NCBI RefSeq assembly: GCF_964204865.1
Contig: NC_135257.1
Span: 11,346,001-11,410,000, forward strand
Length of the DNA: 64,000 nt
From: Styela clava
Taxonomy: Eukaryota
Direction: 5' to 3'
The position numbers were made by a program, and so were the translations under genes. This document shows, piece by piece, positions 1 to 13,958 of the stretch. The notes under the pieces are model-generated. The model had not been told where the DNA came from. It made no database searches and saw only the letters and a program-made list of their open reading frames with translations. Every line of letters starts with the position of its first letter. Within the stretch, counting starts at the first letter, position 1.

Positions 1-510
1 AATTAATTTTAATTTGCGTGTAGTATAATTTCTACCTGTAAGTAATACGGTAAAATTTATTTATCCACACATTATATACTAATCAGACTGTACAGGCAGG
101 GGCAAGAGTACAAATTGCACTTGTCACTAAATAATGATCGATTATTAAATATTGAAAATCATACAGAAACAACTTTATAAATACCGGAGATTGAGTGAAG
201 AGTTTCAATATTGGAAGGGAGTAATGTATCAAAAAGTTTGGGAACTATTAAACTAGGCAAATACAACACATAGACTTGCAGGCATGTAGACTTAGGCATA
301 CAGATAACATGATTTTAATTGGAAAAGTCTTAAGTATTTCTGGAACATAGATACATTTAGATCTATGATTCAGATATGTTCAAATAACACATTTTCCATC
401 TTTGTCAAAGCTGAATCAGTTAGAACATACTAAGATTCATAATGTGACATGTGTCATAAAATAAATATGTAGAGATCAAGCATCAATTTATTTTTGTTTA
501 TTACACCAAT

Positions 511-837
511 CAGGGTTTCCCAAACTTTCTGTTCATTGGTACCTTTAGGACAATTTAAGATTCGCTTGTGTATATATGATACGGCGGGCCATGTTTGGAC
601 AAAATTAGTCATGTGAACTGCGAAAGTAGAGTTGTTAGTTACTGTAGTTGTAGTTACAGCCTTTACTTTGATGAAAATATGACCTCCTAAGGAGTTCTTG
701 AATTCATGTCTTTAAATTATTAACATCAGGCGATAAAACAATATTTTAGGGCAAATAAGAAGTTATGGAAAGAATATCATTACACCTACCGGTAATATAA
801 TTTTCCCCATTGAAAAATCACAGTTTGAGAACCCCTA
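511..837. mobile_element. Degenerate hAT (Charlie-like) MITE
   Basis: Termini CAGGGTTTCCCAAAC ... GTTTGAGAACCCCTA; no TSD preserved. Confidence 0.5.
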
Positions 838-913
838 AGGTGCTAAAATGACGTCACATAAAGGGAAGAAAATGATGAAGCTATTTAATTGAGCAAGATC
901 ACATAAAATCTAC

Positions 914-3900
914 CTGGGATGGTACAGATCCTGGGATCAAAGCTTTTTGACTAGAATGTAATCCACCCATAGAGCTCAACATACTCATGTTGGGCCGTCC
1001 ACTGTATAAACCAGGCCCTGATATGACATGAGAGGAAGGAACAGAACCTGTAAAAAAATCATAAAAATAAAGTTTAAAGCTGTTTAAAGCTACTGTATAT
1101 GACTGTCCATCCATCTATGAATATCTATATCATATTTGCTTATATCATATCACAATTTATCAAGGACGACAAGATAAAAAAACAGTTCAAGGAAGTCAGA
1201 AACTACAAGGAAATAATTTAAATTGATAATAAACTATTCAACGAATAATTGCTGAAAATTTTCTATTTGCAAAAATTTACGATTGATATAAATGATAAAA
1301 CATCACAAATTTCCATTCCTTTAATAAATGGCTTTAAAATATTGAAACTTTTTTGACTGTGAAAGTTTGAAACGCGGTTGATAATTTACTATATCATCCA
1401 TATATATTCCACTCCGCTATCTATAAAACTCAACTGTTTTGAATATTTTTTACAGTCACTCCACAAAGATCTAAAGTTTCAAATGATCCTCACGTAGAAT
1501 CTAACAATTGGAACAAACAATATCTTAACTACTCAATAATTAATTTTTCTTTCATGTCTCGCCTTATCCTGAAATACCATATACCATTTAGTTTATTTTT
1601 ACATTCCGTGAGTGTGTATTTTCAAGATGATGAAATAATGAACTACTGATCGCCGATTCGAAATCACTCAATAATATATAAATGAAAGATAAAATTTGTA
1701 GAAAATGAAAATCTGCCAAACAAAAATTTTATTCAGATTACCGGTAGTTTAGGAACAAGAAATAATATTTTTCAGGACTTTAATATAAAAATTCATTATG
1801 GTATTTTATTAACAAATTTATTCTCTTTGGCATCAGAGAACCATCAAAATCGAAGCTGAGCTATCTACTATTGATAGTGAATGAATTTTTTGTTGGATAT
1901 GTGTAGGGGTGGGCAAAATCGAATATTTTTTTCGAATCGAATAATTCGAATATTTTTAACGAATACCGAATAGTCGAATAACGAATATTTTTTATACAAA
2001 ACAGGAGGTCCAGAACTTCGGTCGATACTCCCTTTGGAAATTAATAAAGACATTAAAGAATCGGCTACAAAGCGTTTTTTATGCTGGTTTAATTTCCCGA
2101 GTTAAATGTTCCCGCATGCCCGAGTGAAATGTTTACATTTTCGAAACATTACTTGGTCAAGAATGAAAGGGATCACTAAAGAATTATTTGAAAGTACATC
2201 AGAAGAACTATATCCTGTCTTTTCTTTTCTGGTCATAGCTTGTTCGTTTATGGTTTCATGCGAAAGTAGCCTAATTTCAACTTTTAATTTCCGTTGAACA
2301 AATTTGTGTTTGGTTCATGCATGAAACGGATGATCACGTGCCGCCAATCATACGGAGTTTAAAATCTGGGATATTTATTTTAAATACCTCATCTGATTTG
2401 ACGTTTATAAATTTAGGGAACGGTGTCGGTACTTTTTTTTGCAAAATAGGGAATTGAAATGACCGACTGGAACGCGAAGAAAACAAATAACACCACAACG
2501 CAAGGACGATTTTTTCTAATTTGTCGCTTTTGTCTGTTAGCGAGCGTTGTAGGTGAATTCTCGCGCAATTCACGATCAGTTCAGAGATGTTCTGTGTCCA
2601 AGTGAAGCCGCGGAGATCACGTGGTACCCGATATTCGAATAGTAAAATGCCATTCGAATAATTTAATATTCGATTCGCTATTTGTTATTCGAATATTTTG
2701 CCTAGCCCTAGATATTACCTGATCCTGTACCAGAATAAGACTGTGGCATCAATGATCCAACAGACGATTCAGCTCTGTCTCTTTCACCTCTTCCAGCTGC
2801 TCCAATATCCCAGAGTAATGACAATCTTTGACCCGAGGTTCTAAACAAAAACAGGTTGCCGTAGTAATGATATCAAGATATCATTATGGATATTACAAGA
2901 GAGCATTGGTCAAATATAGGGATACGAAGGCCAAAATGATATACTGTAGTATGGTGTGCAATCTAACACGGTAGACTACTGCCACAAGGTGCGTAATTTC
3001 TTATTTTGATGACGTCATTGCACACAAAAAATGAATTCCACAGAGACCACAAAAAATTGTTGAAATAAAGAAAAGTGATGACCTTCCAGCAAAAAATACA
3101 ATCTGTACCCACTGAAAATTTGGAAAGCAATTGGTCTAATAGTTAATGATGAAAGCGATTTTTTCATAATAACAAGAATAAGAAAAAGAGGTCTAATAAC
3201 AACAACATATTAACAGAACATCCATATGTACACTTTGTAGCAAATAAATTCAGATATTTTTGTTTCCACAGATAAGCCAATATATATATATACATCTGGT
3301 AGATTTAGCAAATAAAATGTCATAAACAAAAATTTATATGTTGACTACCGTTAATTAAAATTCTGTTCAGTGAACATACAAACTATACCTTCTCCTTTGT
3401 GGCATATGGCCTGATGATACTCCAAGACTTGGTGTGCCTCCCAAATGGCCTCTATGTTGTTGTAAATCTTCTCCTGGTACATGGTGATGAGAATGATAAT
3501 CACGGGAACCACGAGGACTAGAAGCGGAATTGTGTAAACCCAGAGATGAAAAAGATGGATGCATTGTTGGTATTGACTGATGTTGTGTTAAATACGGAGA
3601 ATGGCTTACTGAACCTGTTGTCGGCACACTTCCTCCATGCTGACCAGAATATCTATAAAAACAAAGCAATCGTGAATGACTGAATCTGAATTTTTCCAAT
3701 GCATTATTCAAGACAAAAAGCATACAATTTCTGTGTTTTTTTCAAATGAAGAGCTCAAAAAAGATTACATGATTACAAAATCTATGAGAGATAAAATGAT
3801 GAAAATATCCATCCGAGAAAGAATTTTCGTTCCGACATAATTATGGCTAAATTTTTTCGTTTCGTCTATGTATTGCTTCAAGCAGAACTTCTGTATCACA

Positions 3901-4222
3901 ATTTATTTATATATAATGAATATACATTATTCCAATGTTAAGGTATTAAAATATATGTTACAATAAAGAGAAAAGTTGATGTTTATGGAAAAATCAATTT
4001 TTAAAGACAGAACTACATCTCTATAATTATTATAATTTTTTTAAATATTATATTTCTATTATTATGATTCCATAATCAAAATTATCTGTCAAGAAAAAAT
4101 AAACTTTGCATTAGAAAAATAAGAAGTACCCAGTTATTAATACACAGGCTACATTATATGGATAGATAAGATTACCTTGGCAATGAAGATCCAGGATCGC
4201 CATATGGTCCAGAAGGTTTCAT
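914..4222 (-). CDS. 5' coding exons of a gene continuing beyond the window start; S/G/H/P-rich N-terminus with weak resemblance to the NCoR/SMRT N-terminus
   Basis: Four GT-AG exons join in phase: 4222-4176 (MKPSGPYGDPGSSLP), 3652-3389, 2840-2719, 1047-914. Translation: ...RYSGQHGG...HMPQRRRTSGQRLSLLWDIG...GSVPSQ. No folded domain in the window, so identity is uncertain. Confidence 0.7.
1904..2710. mobile_element. Non-autonomous hAT element (TAGGG termini) in an intron
   Basis: TIRs TAGGGGTGGGCAAAA / TTTTGCCTAGCCCTA with many subterminal CGAATA/TATTCG repeats. Flanks GATATGTG / GATATTAC (5/8 match). Related fragments at about 7293-7400 and 12020-12090. Confidence 0.75.
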
Positions 4223-7200
4223 TATGACAATCCCACTTTTTAAAAAAGTTTCTTCAACAAAGAAATGTAATGCTCAGTATTACTAAATTACTACATTTTG
4301 AATGTTAAGTATATGCCTGAAAAATATTACAGTCATACTTAAAAAGCAAAAACTCATTGATAATAGCTCTATATTTTTGGAAATCCTGTTGGTATCACAT
4401 GAACTTGAGACATCAAAAAGTAAGGTCCACATTGCAACTTTTTACATTACTGCATCAAGTATGGTAGTAGCAAAGTATGATCAGCATTGTATCGTGGAAA
4501 ACTATCTGGTCAAAACAAACCGAAGAATTTACCAAATTCAAGACTACTATCAGACTATAGTCATGACAAGAAAATGTAACAAGATTCTGATATTTGGAAA
4601 AGAGATCTTCACTAAGCAACAGCAATTAAAAACAAAATTTGGACAATACAATTATAATATTTGAATGACTGAATGAGGCTCGTGACTCATTTGTACATGC
4701 TGCAGTGCTGTATCTGTGCATTGGTGTAAGGAAGCATTCATATGAGTATTTACAGTAGAAATGGAAAAAATTAAAAATAAGTTAAAAGAAAAAAATTCAC
4801 AAAAAATGCACGATCTTATACTACAAATCAATATGATAAATTGAAATTGTTAAGAGATCATGCAATCAGAGTTTTGAGCCAGGCACTACCAGAAATCAAC
4901 ATACAGACATACCGGTACAGACATCTGGACATAGGCATTATAGCACTAATGCATTAGTTGTGATTTAATTGCTGATACATTAACCAAGACTGTATGCTGG
5001 TTTGAGCATGGCTCAAATCTGAGGGTTGAAAATGCGTTATTTAAACTAAAACAGATTCAATAAAAACTCTGTGATAAAAAAATGGCGTCTAGCACAGTGA
5101 ATGCAGTAACTGCTTAAATAACACTAAATAAAAATGTGATGTAAAATTTTTGTTGTTTTAAAGAAGTGTGTCTGGCGCAGAACAGCCTGGCAGCGAAATT
5201 AAATTATTGCAGTATTGACAGACAGCGTTTAGTTAAAATCAAATATTTGCATGGCGAGTTCCAATCAGTAACAGCATTTATTTTGGCGCCATACCGGTAC
5301 CAGTACGGTATTTTGTTTGGATTCGTATCTTGGTTGGCGACATTTAGGAAACTAGTGTTCTACAGTCAGACAGTGCAGTCGGATAGGATTGTATCATTTG
5401 TATGTATGTTTATTCGCCTCAAAAATGTAACCGTGTAATGTAACAGTGTAACTGTGTAAAATGTAATTCATATACTTATCCCGACAGTATTGTAGAACCA
5501 AAACAAAACTGAAGCCAGAATGCAAGATAGACCTAACCACTGACTGAACCACGTCAATACCGGTATTTCCAACCGCACTTTGCAACGCCCCAATATCTTA
5601 ATCCGAATTCACAACCCGCCCTGGTACGGTACCGGTACTAGGCCCAACAAAGCTGCGAACAGCAAATCGACTACCGTACCGGTATTCCAGATATTCACAT
5701 TGGTAAACAAACACTAAACAGTAGACACAAAACACCCACCCAAAGCATTACAGAGAATGTCTTATTATGCGAACTTCAAGGGATTATATTCACTTTGCTG
5801 GTATCAAACAAAATAGCCCACATGAGGGCGGTGCGTATTTGATCCCCACTTTGGTTACAAAATGTACTTCTGGGTGGTACTCAGGTCGGATACTCAACTT
5901 CGCTTCAATGGCCGTTTCTATTTTCGGGTTAACATTTATCGTTTTTCAAGCTCCATAATGCCCTAATGCTCAGCTCCAAGCTGTGCGAGAAGAACAAATG
6001 ACATTGTAGGGTTGTTGCGGAGACATTTTACAGCGTCAAATTGGCGCATCACTGTAAAATCTTCGAAAAAATGACCAAAAATGGTTCTACGTCGTGTATG
6101 TGATTAAATTTAACGCATTAGATAATTTTTTATTTTTAATTGCGTTATATATTTAGATAGCATATAGTTTAAAATTAAAAATCCACCTTCGGCTTCATTC
6201 TAGCCCTAATAACAGCTGACTTATTCGATTCGGGCCATCAACGCGACGAAAATTTCCCATAAGACTCCATTGTTTAGCGTTTTCCAAATATGGCACAAGA
6301 TGGCGTTCATGAACTAGTTTAACATTAGGCGAGTTGGATGCAGGTCGTTGGTCCATACCACGGTAGTCACTTTGGTCCAAATTAGGGATGTCCATATCCG
6401 AATACTAAACTATTCTAGAATACAACTGAATAAAAGTTTCGAATATCGTTCAAACTAAATTAATAGAACCAATGCAAAGCTGCACCAGTGGCCAAATCAC
6501 TTTATTTTCCATCATAGTTGAGTAGAAGAAAACAAGACATGATACAAAGTCTGTCTAATTGAGCTTATTCACATTGCTGTTAGTAATCATTATCACCCTG
6601 CAAATAACTTATTTTTAATAGTTTCATAAAAACAAAACCCTTACAAAAATGTGAGAATATCTCCCGACCCCTTTCAAAATTTTCGGGAGATCGAAAAAGC
6701 CGCTAATCAGTGTTCACTATTAGCGCACTTTTTTGCGAAAATTGCGAAGCACTTTTGCAACTTTTTTTAGGGACTGCGAAATAGCACTTTTTTCCGATTT
6801 TGAAGAGAAATAGCACTTTTTTCCGATTTTGAATGGAATAAAAATTCAAAGTTAACAAATATTTTCGAGTATTAAGTTGACAAATAAGTAACATACTGGT
6901 ACTTTTGTAACTCAATTCTGCATATCATAACGATATTTACCGGAATTCTAACCTATGAGATGCAGACATAGGAGATAAAGCTTTTGCATTAACGGCAAAA
7001 TTCTTGTTTATAATATGATAATTTCCCGCAAAAAACGCTCCCGGGGCGTTTCTTTGAACGAGAGTGGTCATGTGACTATCAATGATATCGATGAATTCAA
7101 AATGGCTATAAAAAGTGTTAGTAACCTGTTATAGTCACTTTGGATGAATTGTGACCAAACTGCACTATTTTAAATCAGACGAAACTTTTAGCAACATGTC

Positions 7201-7998
7201 ACAGATTTGCAAAATCAACAAATTCACAAAATACCATTAAGTGCCATTTTATTGTAATCACAATGTTGAAAGGACGTCATTGATATGCGAGGAGGGGTGG
7301 GCAAAATTCAATATTTTTTTAAATCGAATATTTTTAAGGAGTACCGAATAAACGTGGTGGAAACATTAAAAAATCGGCAACAAAGCCTTTTTACTGGTTA
7401 ATTCCGTTGTAATCGCTAATTGTTCTTGTCACCGATCGTTTGGCGGCGATATCCAGGTTTTGGGTAATCTATATTCCCGCCCTCTCCTTTTTACAAATAT
7501 GAATTCTTGTGGGTCGGCGGACATCGAAGTTTTAGATTTCGGGTTTACCCGTTCGTTCACATCGGCAACAGCTGTTGAAGACATTGAGGACTCAAATTAA
7601 CATTTGCGCTGGCTTTAATATTACCTATCAAGATTTGTAAATTTACCGTCCCAATTTTATGCGAATGGTAATATTATTGTCCATACCGTGATGCAGATAT
7701 TTATTAAGACGATAAATAACTTTCTCATGTATTTCTATGGTGATAAACTTCGCAAATCTGAAATTGTGCCAATCCTGAATGTTGATTTGAAATAGTGATT
7801 GAATAATTCGGCTATAAAGGCATTTCTGCGTGGTCATAAGACGAGATGACGTTATGAACAGCACTTCTTTTACAGGATATTTTACGTATGCGACTTAATG
7901 CTAAAAAGATTGGGCTCGAGTGCTTTTTTTTCGAGTGCTCGAGTGCCTAATAGACGTCAGGCGCTAATTGTAACTAATTCCCTCAAGTTTCAACGTGT

Positions 7999-8127
7999 TT
8001 TCAACAAAACAATACCCCGGCGATAATTATAGCTAAAATGTTACCGAGCAATTCACAATTTTATTTATGGAATTTGCAAATTCACCAGTTTCTTGACGAT
8101 TTTGATGTTGTCACGCCCTAATTATTA
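7999..8127. repeat. Dispersed repeat (second copy 11741-11872) ending in a hAT-like terminus (..GCCCTA)
   Basis: TTTCAACAAAACAATACCCCG...CTTGACGATTTTGATG..GTCA.GCCCTAATTATTA in both copies. Confidence 0.7.
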
Positions 8128-8571
8128 GTGCAAAAATACTCCCGCTCTTCCGCGGCGGTTTGACGGGTTCTTTGTTCCATTCTTCAGAAAGTTCTGACAC
8201 GGGGATATAGAATACTGAATCCGGAGGGCAGGGTTGTCCAAAACGAATCGAATATTCGAATGTATTCGAATATCAAAGTATTCGAATACCTTTTCGGCTG
8301 ATTTTCGAATAATTCCGAATAGTAGCCACTTTTTGCTGTAAACGTGGTGTTTCGTTTTACGGGAATCTTCAAATGACTTTTTACGCTGTCTCACGTATTG
8401 CAATGACGATGAAATAGAATCGGCAATTTGATTGTTTATACTCTGTGCGACCGTACGTCTCATAGTGTTGCGACACATTTGCACGTTTACGTGGGTGGAC
8501 ATTGTCGACATTCGTCTACGAGACTTTTAATTTACAAATTCATTTTCATTACGTCGAAAAATTGACAATTA

Positions 8572-9398
8572 CCGTATTCCCGGCCTAATTTTTTTTTTTT
8601 TTGGGGGAGGCGTCTAATTGAGAAAGTGTTTATTTTATTTCTAAGTGGCCTGCTTAATATTCGCATGAGTCTTCTCAAGCATGATTTGTGTAACCTTATA
8701 TTTGGGTCTTAGGGTAAGCCAATCATGATATTTATTCGCAGGCCGGTTATCGTTACTTTAAAGAGAAACACGGCCACCGAGATAAAGTGATTTGTGACCC
8801 TTTCGTTTTGCCGATTCAGCAGAACACGACAGGGACAGGAAAACACAGCTGTGAAATAACCCGTGGACGTACAGTGTAGTACTTATCACATTTGTAACCT
8901 TATATTTGGGTCTTAGGGTCTGCCAATCATGATATTTAATCGCAGGCCGGTTATCGTTACTTTAAAGAGAAACACGGCCACCGAGATAAAGTGATTTGAG
9001 ACCCTTTCGTTTTGCCGATTCAGCAGAACACGACAGGGACAGGAAAACACAGCTGTGAAATAACCCGTGGACGTACAGTGTAGTACTTATCACATTTCAA
9101 AATTATTTCAACATTCGGGTTGATAGGTTGTCCAAAATGATTGCCGCTTTTCAACCCAAATTTACCGCTCAATTGTTAAATATAGTTAATTCTTTGAGTA
9201 TGATTCTACCAAACTAACATGATCTGGTTCTGAACATATAAAATTATTAGCGCATATTAGCATAGCTGAACAACAGGGACACAATTTTTCTACCCGTCCT
9301 ATTGTTATTGGAGGCCTATATAGAAAAATCCCTTTTTTGAGTGCTAAAAATAGACATCGTCCTATATGCCATGTGGACTTATTAGCCGAGAAATATGG
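8572..9398. mobile_element. TA-flanked MITE (Tc2/pogo-like CCGTA termini) nested in the hAT element
   Basis: TA|CCGTATTCCCGGCCTAAT ... ATTAGCCGAGAAATATGG|TA imperfect TIRs. Confidence 0.6.
8689..9096. repeat. Near-perfect 204-bp tandem duplication
   Basis: Unit TGTAACCTTATATTTGGGTCTTAGGG...TACTTATCACATT at 8689 and 8893 with only a few substitutions. Confidence 0.95.
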
Positions 9399-9429
9399 TA
9401 TTTATGGCCGTAATTGTTACGATATCCAA

Positions 9430-10590
9430 TAAATTGTCACAAGTTGGATTGGAACAACAATTCGATTTATTAGAAAATAATTTCTGGCAAATAATTTTGA
9501 TAACGATAGTTAAAAGTATCGTACCAGGATGATTTTTGTGGCGCAAAATAATCCAATCCATGACTGGTTACCAGCATTTAAAAATGTCATGCTGTATTAA
9601 TTTAATTCTGTTCAACGTAACTCATGGTTGTATCGACTATCTGTGGACATAAAATGTGTGGTAAACTGACCGATATTATTAAATATTGATTCCTATTTTC
9701 ATATTGATGAAGTAATGAAGGTATTAATACCAAATACCACGGGTATTTGTGGACATGAAATATGTGGTAAACTGCCCAATTATAATTAATTTCGGATTCG
9801 TATTTACAAAATAATAAAAATAAAACTATTATAATTCTAAAACGCAACGGCGATCTGTGGCCTTAAAATGTGTGGTAAACTGCCCGATTTACCAACATTT
9901 GAGTTATGATAATAGAATTAAATTAACACGATAAGGCATTTTAATTAGTGGTATCGGTCATGGATTCGAATATTTTGCGCAGCACAAAATCATCCTAGTA
10001 AAAAGTCCATACTTTTAAATACAAACCAATGGCAACCATTATCCAAATTAGTTCTCAAAATGCGGGATAAAGTATAAATTATTTTTCCGACTTGTGACGA
10101 TAATAGTACGAAAAGTACGAAGTACGAAAATAAGAATCAAAAACTAATTATATTCGGCACAATATCACGGCAATCTGTGGGCATAAATTGTGTGGCAAAC
10201 TCGCGATAAATATTTATTTGTGATTCCTATTTCCGTATTTACAAAATACAACGGCGATCTGTGGACTTAGAATGTGCGGTAAACTACCCGATTATAAATA
10301 GTTTTTGATTCCTATTTTCATATTTATAAATTAATAAAAGTATTATTACTCAAACATACAACGGCGACCTGCGGACTTGAAATGTGTGGTAAAGTTCCCG
10401 AATATAATTAATTTTTGATTCGTATTTTTGTACTCACGAAAAAATTGTCACAAGTCGGAAAAATAACTCTTACTTTATCCCGCTTTTTGACAAATAATTT
10501 GGATAATGGTTGGTATTTAAAAGTATGGGCGTTTTACTATGATGATTTTGTGTTGAGCGCAAATATTCAAATCCATCACCGATACCACTA
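9430..10590. repeat. Composite array: ~150-bp unit in alternating orientation separated by triplets of a ~100-110-bp tandem unit
   Basis: Unit A at ~9430-9580 (+), ~9940-10100 (-), ~10440-10590 (+). Unit B (..GATCTGTGGAC.T.AAATGTGTGGTAAACT..) at ~9638, 9745, 9845, 10167, 10250, 10360. Confidence 0.8.
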
Positions 10591-10989
10591 AATATATATT
10601 ACAATAATCTGCAAATATGAAATTCCTGGTAATATAGCTAGGTTGTAACTTGTAGATAGCAGTTATTCCATTGCTTATTGTATGGAAATTCCTACATAAA
10701 TTTAGATAAGCTTCAATTAGTGGTTTTTATTTTCGAAGTATTCGAAATTTCATATTCGAAAAAAATAATTTCGAATGTATTCAAAATAGTGAACTATTCG
10801 GTATTGGCCATCCCTGCCGGAGGGTTGAATCCCTGTCCACTTACTGGTGATTTTTCGTTTTGAAATGCGTGAAACATTCTCTATTTTAAATTAAATGACG
10901 TTTCGCGAGCTAGAGTTCTCCCCGAAAATGATGTGTTCCAGACGTTAGTTAGACGATATAGAAAACATTAGATTAATAATTTTCGTGAC

Positions 10990-11362
10990 GCCCCGTTTTC
11001 GAAAATACAAAGTTATATCGCCTAAAAATGCGTTATGATACATTTGGAATGAAACATTATTTACGGTGAATTCAGATCACATTTTACTCTCCATGACACC
11101 CGGTATCTGAAAATACAGTTGTATCTCGAAAAATGTGTTTTGTTACATTTAAAATAAAACATTTTTGCGATTAATTTAAATCATATTTTACTTTTCAGGA
11201 AACCCGTTTTCGAAAATACAAGGATATATCGCAAAATGTGTTTTGTTACATTTAAAATGAAACATTTTTGCAATTAATTTAGATCAAATTTTACCTTTCA
11301 CGGCAACCCGTTTCCGAAAATACAAAGTTATATCACAAAACATGCGTTTTGTTACATTTATT
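10990..11362. repeat. ~105-bp minisatellite, about 3.5 copies
   Basis: CCCGTTTTCGAAAATACAAAGTTATATCGC...TGTTACATTT repeats at ~10993, 11099, 11203, 11307. Confidence 0.85.
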
Positions 11363-13958
11363 TTGCATTCCCAATAAAATACATATTTTCCCTAATTAAG
11401 GTCGTCGATGAATCTGTTCCTGTCGTTCAAGCTCGACACACGTTTGGACGAGTGTGGGGCGGTTTTTTGATCGATGATAAATTAAAAAGTTGCCACACGT
11501 TATTTGTATAACGATAATAACTGAAAATTAAGATTTTATAATAGAAGTGAATTTGTCTCAAGATGGTATTTTACAATTCCTGCCCACAGAAAATAAACAC
11601 GCTGACAGGCTTGGTTATAATTGATATTCGTTTAATTTATTTTACACTATTAATAAACGCGCCACACCAATTGCGACCATATAAATTGCAGTCGCATCGG
11701 TATGGACTGTATGTTTTTGGCGCTCTCAAATTAATAATAATTTTCAACAAAACAATACCCCGACGGTCATTAAAGCTGAATTCGTTACCGAATAATTCGC
11801 AATTTTATTTACGGTATTTGCAATTTCAAGATCTCACTTGACGATTTTGATGATGTCATGCCCTAATTATTACTGCTTAAATGCCTCAAAATACAGCAAA
11901 TGTAAGCATTTTCGACGATAACAGGCGCAACAATTCGTAAACGAGCCGTTATAATGAAATTCGCGATTGATTTTACCTCTCTCTTGTTTAACATCCCGCC
12001 GGCCATGTATGGTCGAATAAAATGTTCACATATTCGAAACATGACTTGGCCAAGGATGGAAGGGATCACTAAAGAGCTAATAGAAAGTACATACGCGAGG
12101 GTATGATATTAATATCGAGAATATTTGAGCATATCACAGGACGGAAATATTTTGCACCCGGCTGTTTGTTGGCAGAACAACGATACGCTAAAGTTAATTG
12201 ATCGAATACAGGGAAGTATTTATTTATCATCTCACTTGCGAACATCGAGGTTTTGGCGGGATTGTACGATCATGTTGTCTTTCTTAAATAATAACTTTTT
12301 CAATAAATGTTCATTTTACTTTTGCGTCTTCATTATATGTCTGGTTTTCATTTATTTTAAATTCGAAATTGTCCGAAATACTCCAACAGGTATATAGGTA
12401 CAATAATAATAGTACTTACCAAAGTACATACCAGGGAAGTTTAATACACACGATGTGTAAAGGGCGTCGTAACTCCCGTTTATTAATTATAAATTTTTTT
12501 ACATTCTGCTTAAAAAACAACGGCAGTCATCTCACGTAACTCTCGCGACCAAATCTTTTTTGTTTTGTATGGCATCGTCTTGGCGACGAATTTATTGCCG
12601 ACTGAAATTTAATTGTGTTTTAGGTTAGTTATTTTCTGTTTGTTGGTTTCTAAACTTTACAAACTTGGGTAGCAATTACTATTAATGTGAGATTTGTGCA
12701 TATGAATGATTGAATATCGCGACTGGATGTCCGATATCTGAGAATGCGTAATTCTCTTTCAACATTAATTTTCAGGATATCAGCGTTCATGTGTTCGAAT
12801 AAAAATTATTTATCAAATGGATTGGTATTTCGAGACACTCTCAAAATTATTTGGGATCCATTATCATATCATTCGTTTATTTTTTATATTCATGTTTTTC
12901 TCAAGAATCACCCTCGTTATATTTAGTGTACCTTCGCAAAAGAAAACTCTTTGATGTCATCGTTCCTATTAGTGTTATTGAAATATATGGAAACCTCGCA
13001 AGTGGCGTTGTGATGCGAATATTTGATACTAGGTCAGCAGCATTACAAAGAGTGCTATTTATGAATGCTGAAAGTACATGACATTACTAAACATTTTGCC
13101 AATATATGATGTTTTCTGCCCGATTTAAACTAACTCGCACGCAAACCAAGGCATGTGGACATTTAAAAATTACTTGTCTTTGGGTAAGCTCTGAAATAGT
13201 ATAATATAAATGTAAATGAGAAATTAGGTCACGCTAGCTCACGAAACAGGAGGATTTTCAAAGTGATCTTGTGTAATATTTTGGAGAAAAAAGTTTGAAA
13301 GGAAAGTAGGTCAACCTATCTCCTAAAACAGGGGAGTATCCTGCATAATATTTCGGAGGGAACGTAGGTTAACCTATCTTTTAAAACAGCGGGTGGCGAC
13401 TTTCAAAGCGGTTCAAAATCACAAATTAATAATTATCAGATTAGGTTTAGGGATAAATCGAAAAGTTGAATTTCCAGCGCACCTAACCCTAATTAGTTGA
13501 TTGCTATTTATATTGGGGGGGGGGATTATTTTGCACCGGATTTGTACAAACGATCCACCCTGTAATTAATATGGTTTCCAGCCGGCCTCGTGTCTGTTAG
13601 ATGGAAGGAGTAACAAATGTGCAAGTCTTTGCTGTTTACGCGAGTAAGCAACTGACACCGTGATACATTGCATGAAAGTAGGTAGGCAGGTGTTAGCAGA
13701 TGTCATTTCGTTGCCGATGAATTCGCTTGTTTTAATTAAACATGAATTCGCTTAAAGGGATTCCGTTAAAGAAAAGGCTTCTCTTTAATTCATAATATTA
13801 ACCGGAGGATTAATAATAAGGATTAATAATTCATAATATTAATAGGAGGATTAATAATTCATAATATTAACCGCAGGCCAATTTTGTCTGCATCGCTGAT
13901 TGTTTTCTTTGGCGTGAATTGTTTATTTGGGAGTGAACATCATTATTACTTATCGAAC

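Larger units (their letters stand above)
8229..10816. mobile_element. 2.6-kb non-autonomous hAT element carrying nested repeats
   Basis: Perfect 8-bp TSD CCGGAGGG (8221-8228, 10817-10824); TIRs CAGGGTTGTCCAA / TTGGCCATCCCTG; subterminal TTCGAAT repeats at both ends. Confidence 0.85.

Noticed and set aside
9638-10420. Regularly spaced repeats resembling a CRISPR array
   Set aside because: Eukaryotic context, degenerate repeats, spacers homologous to each other, no cas genes
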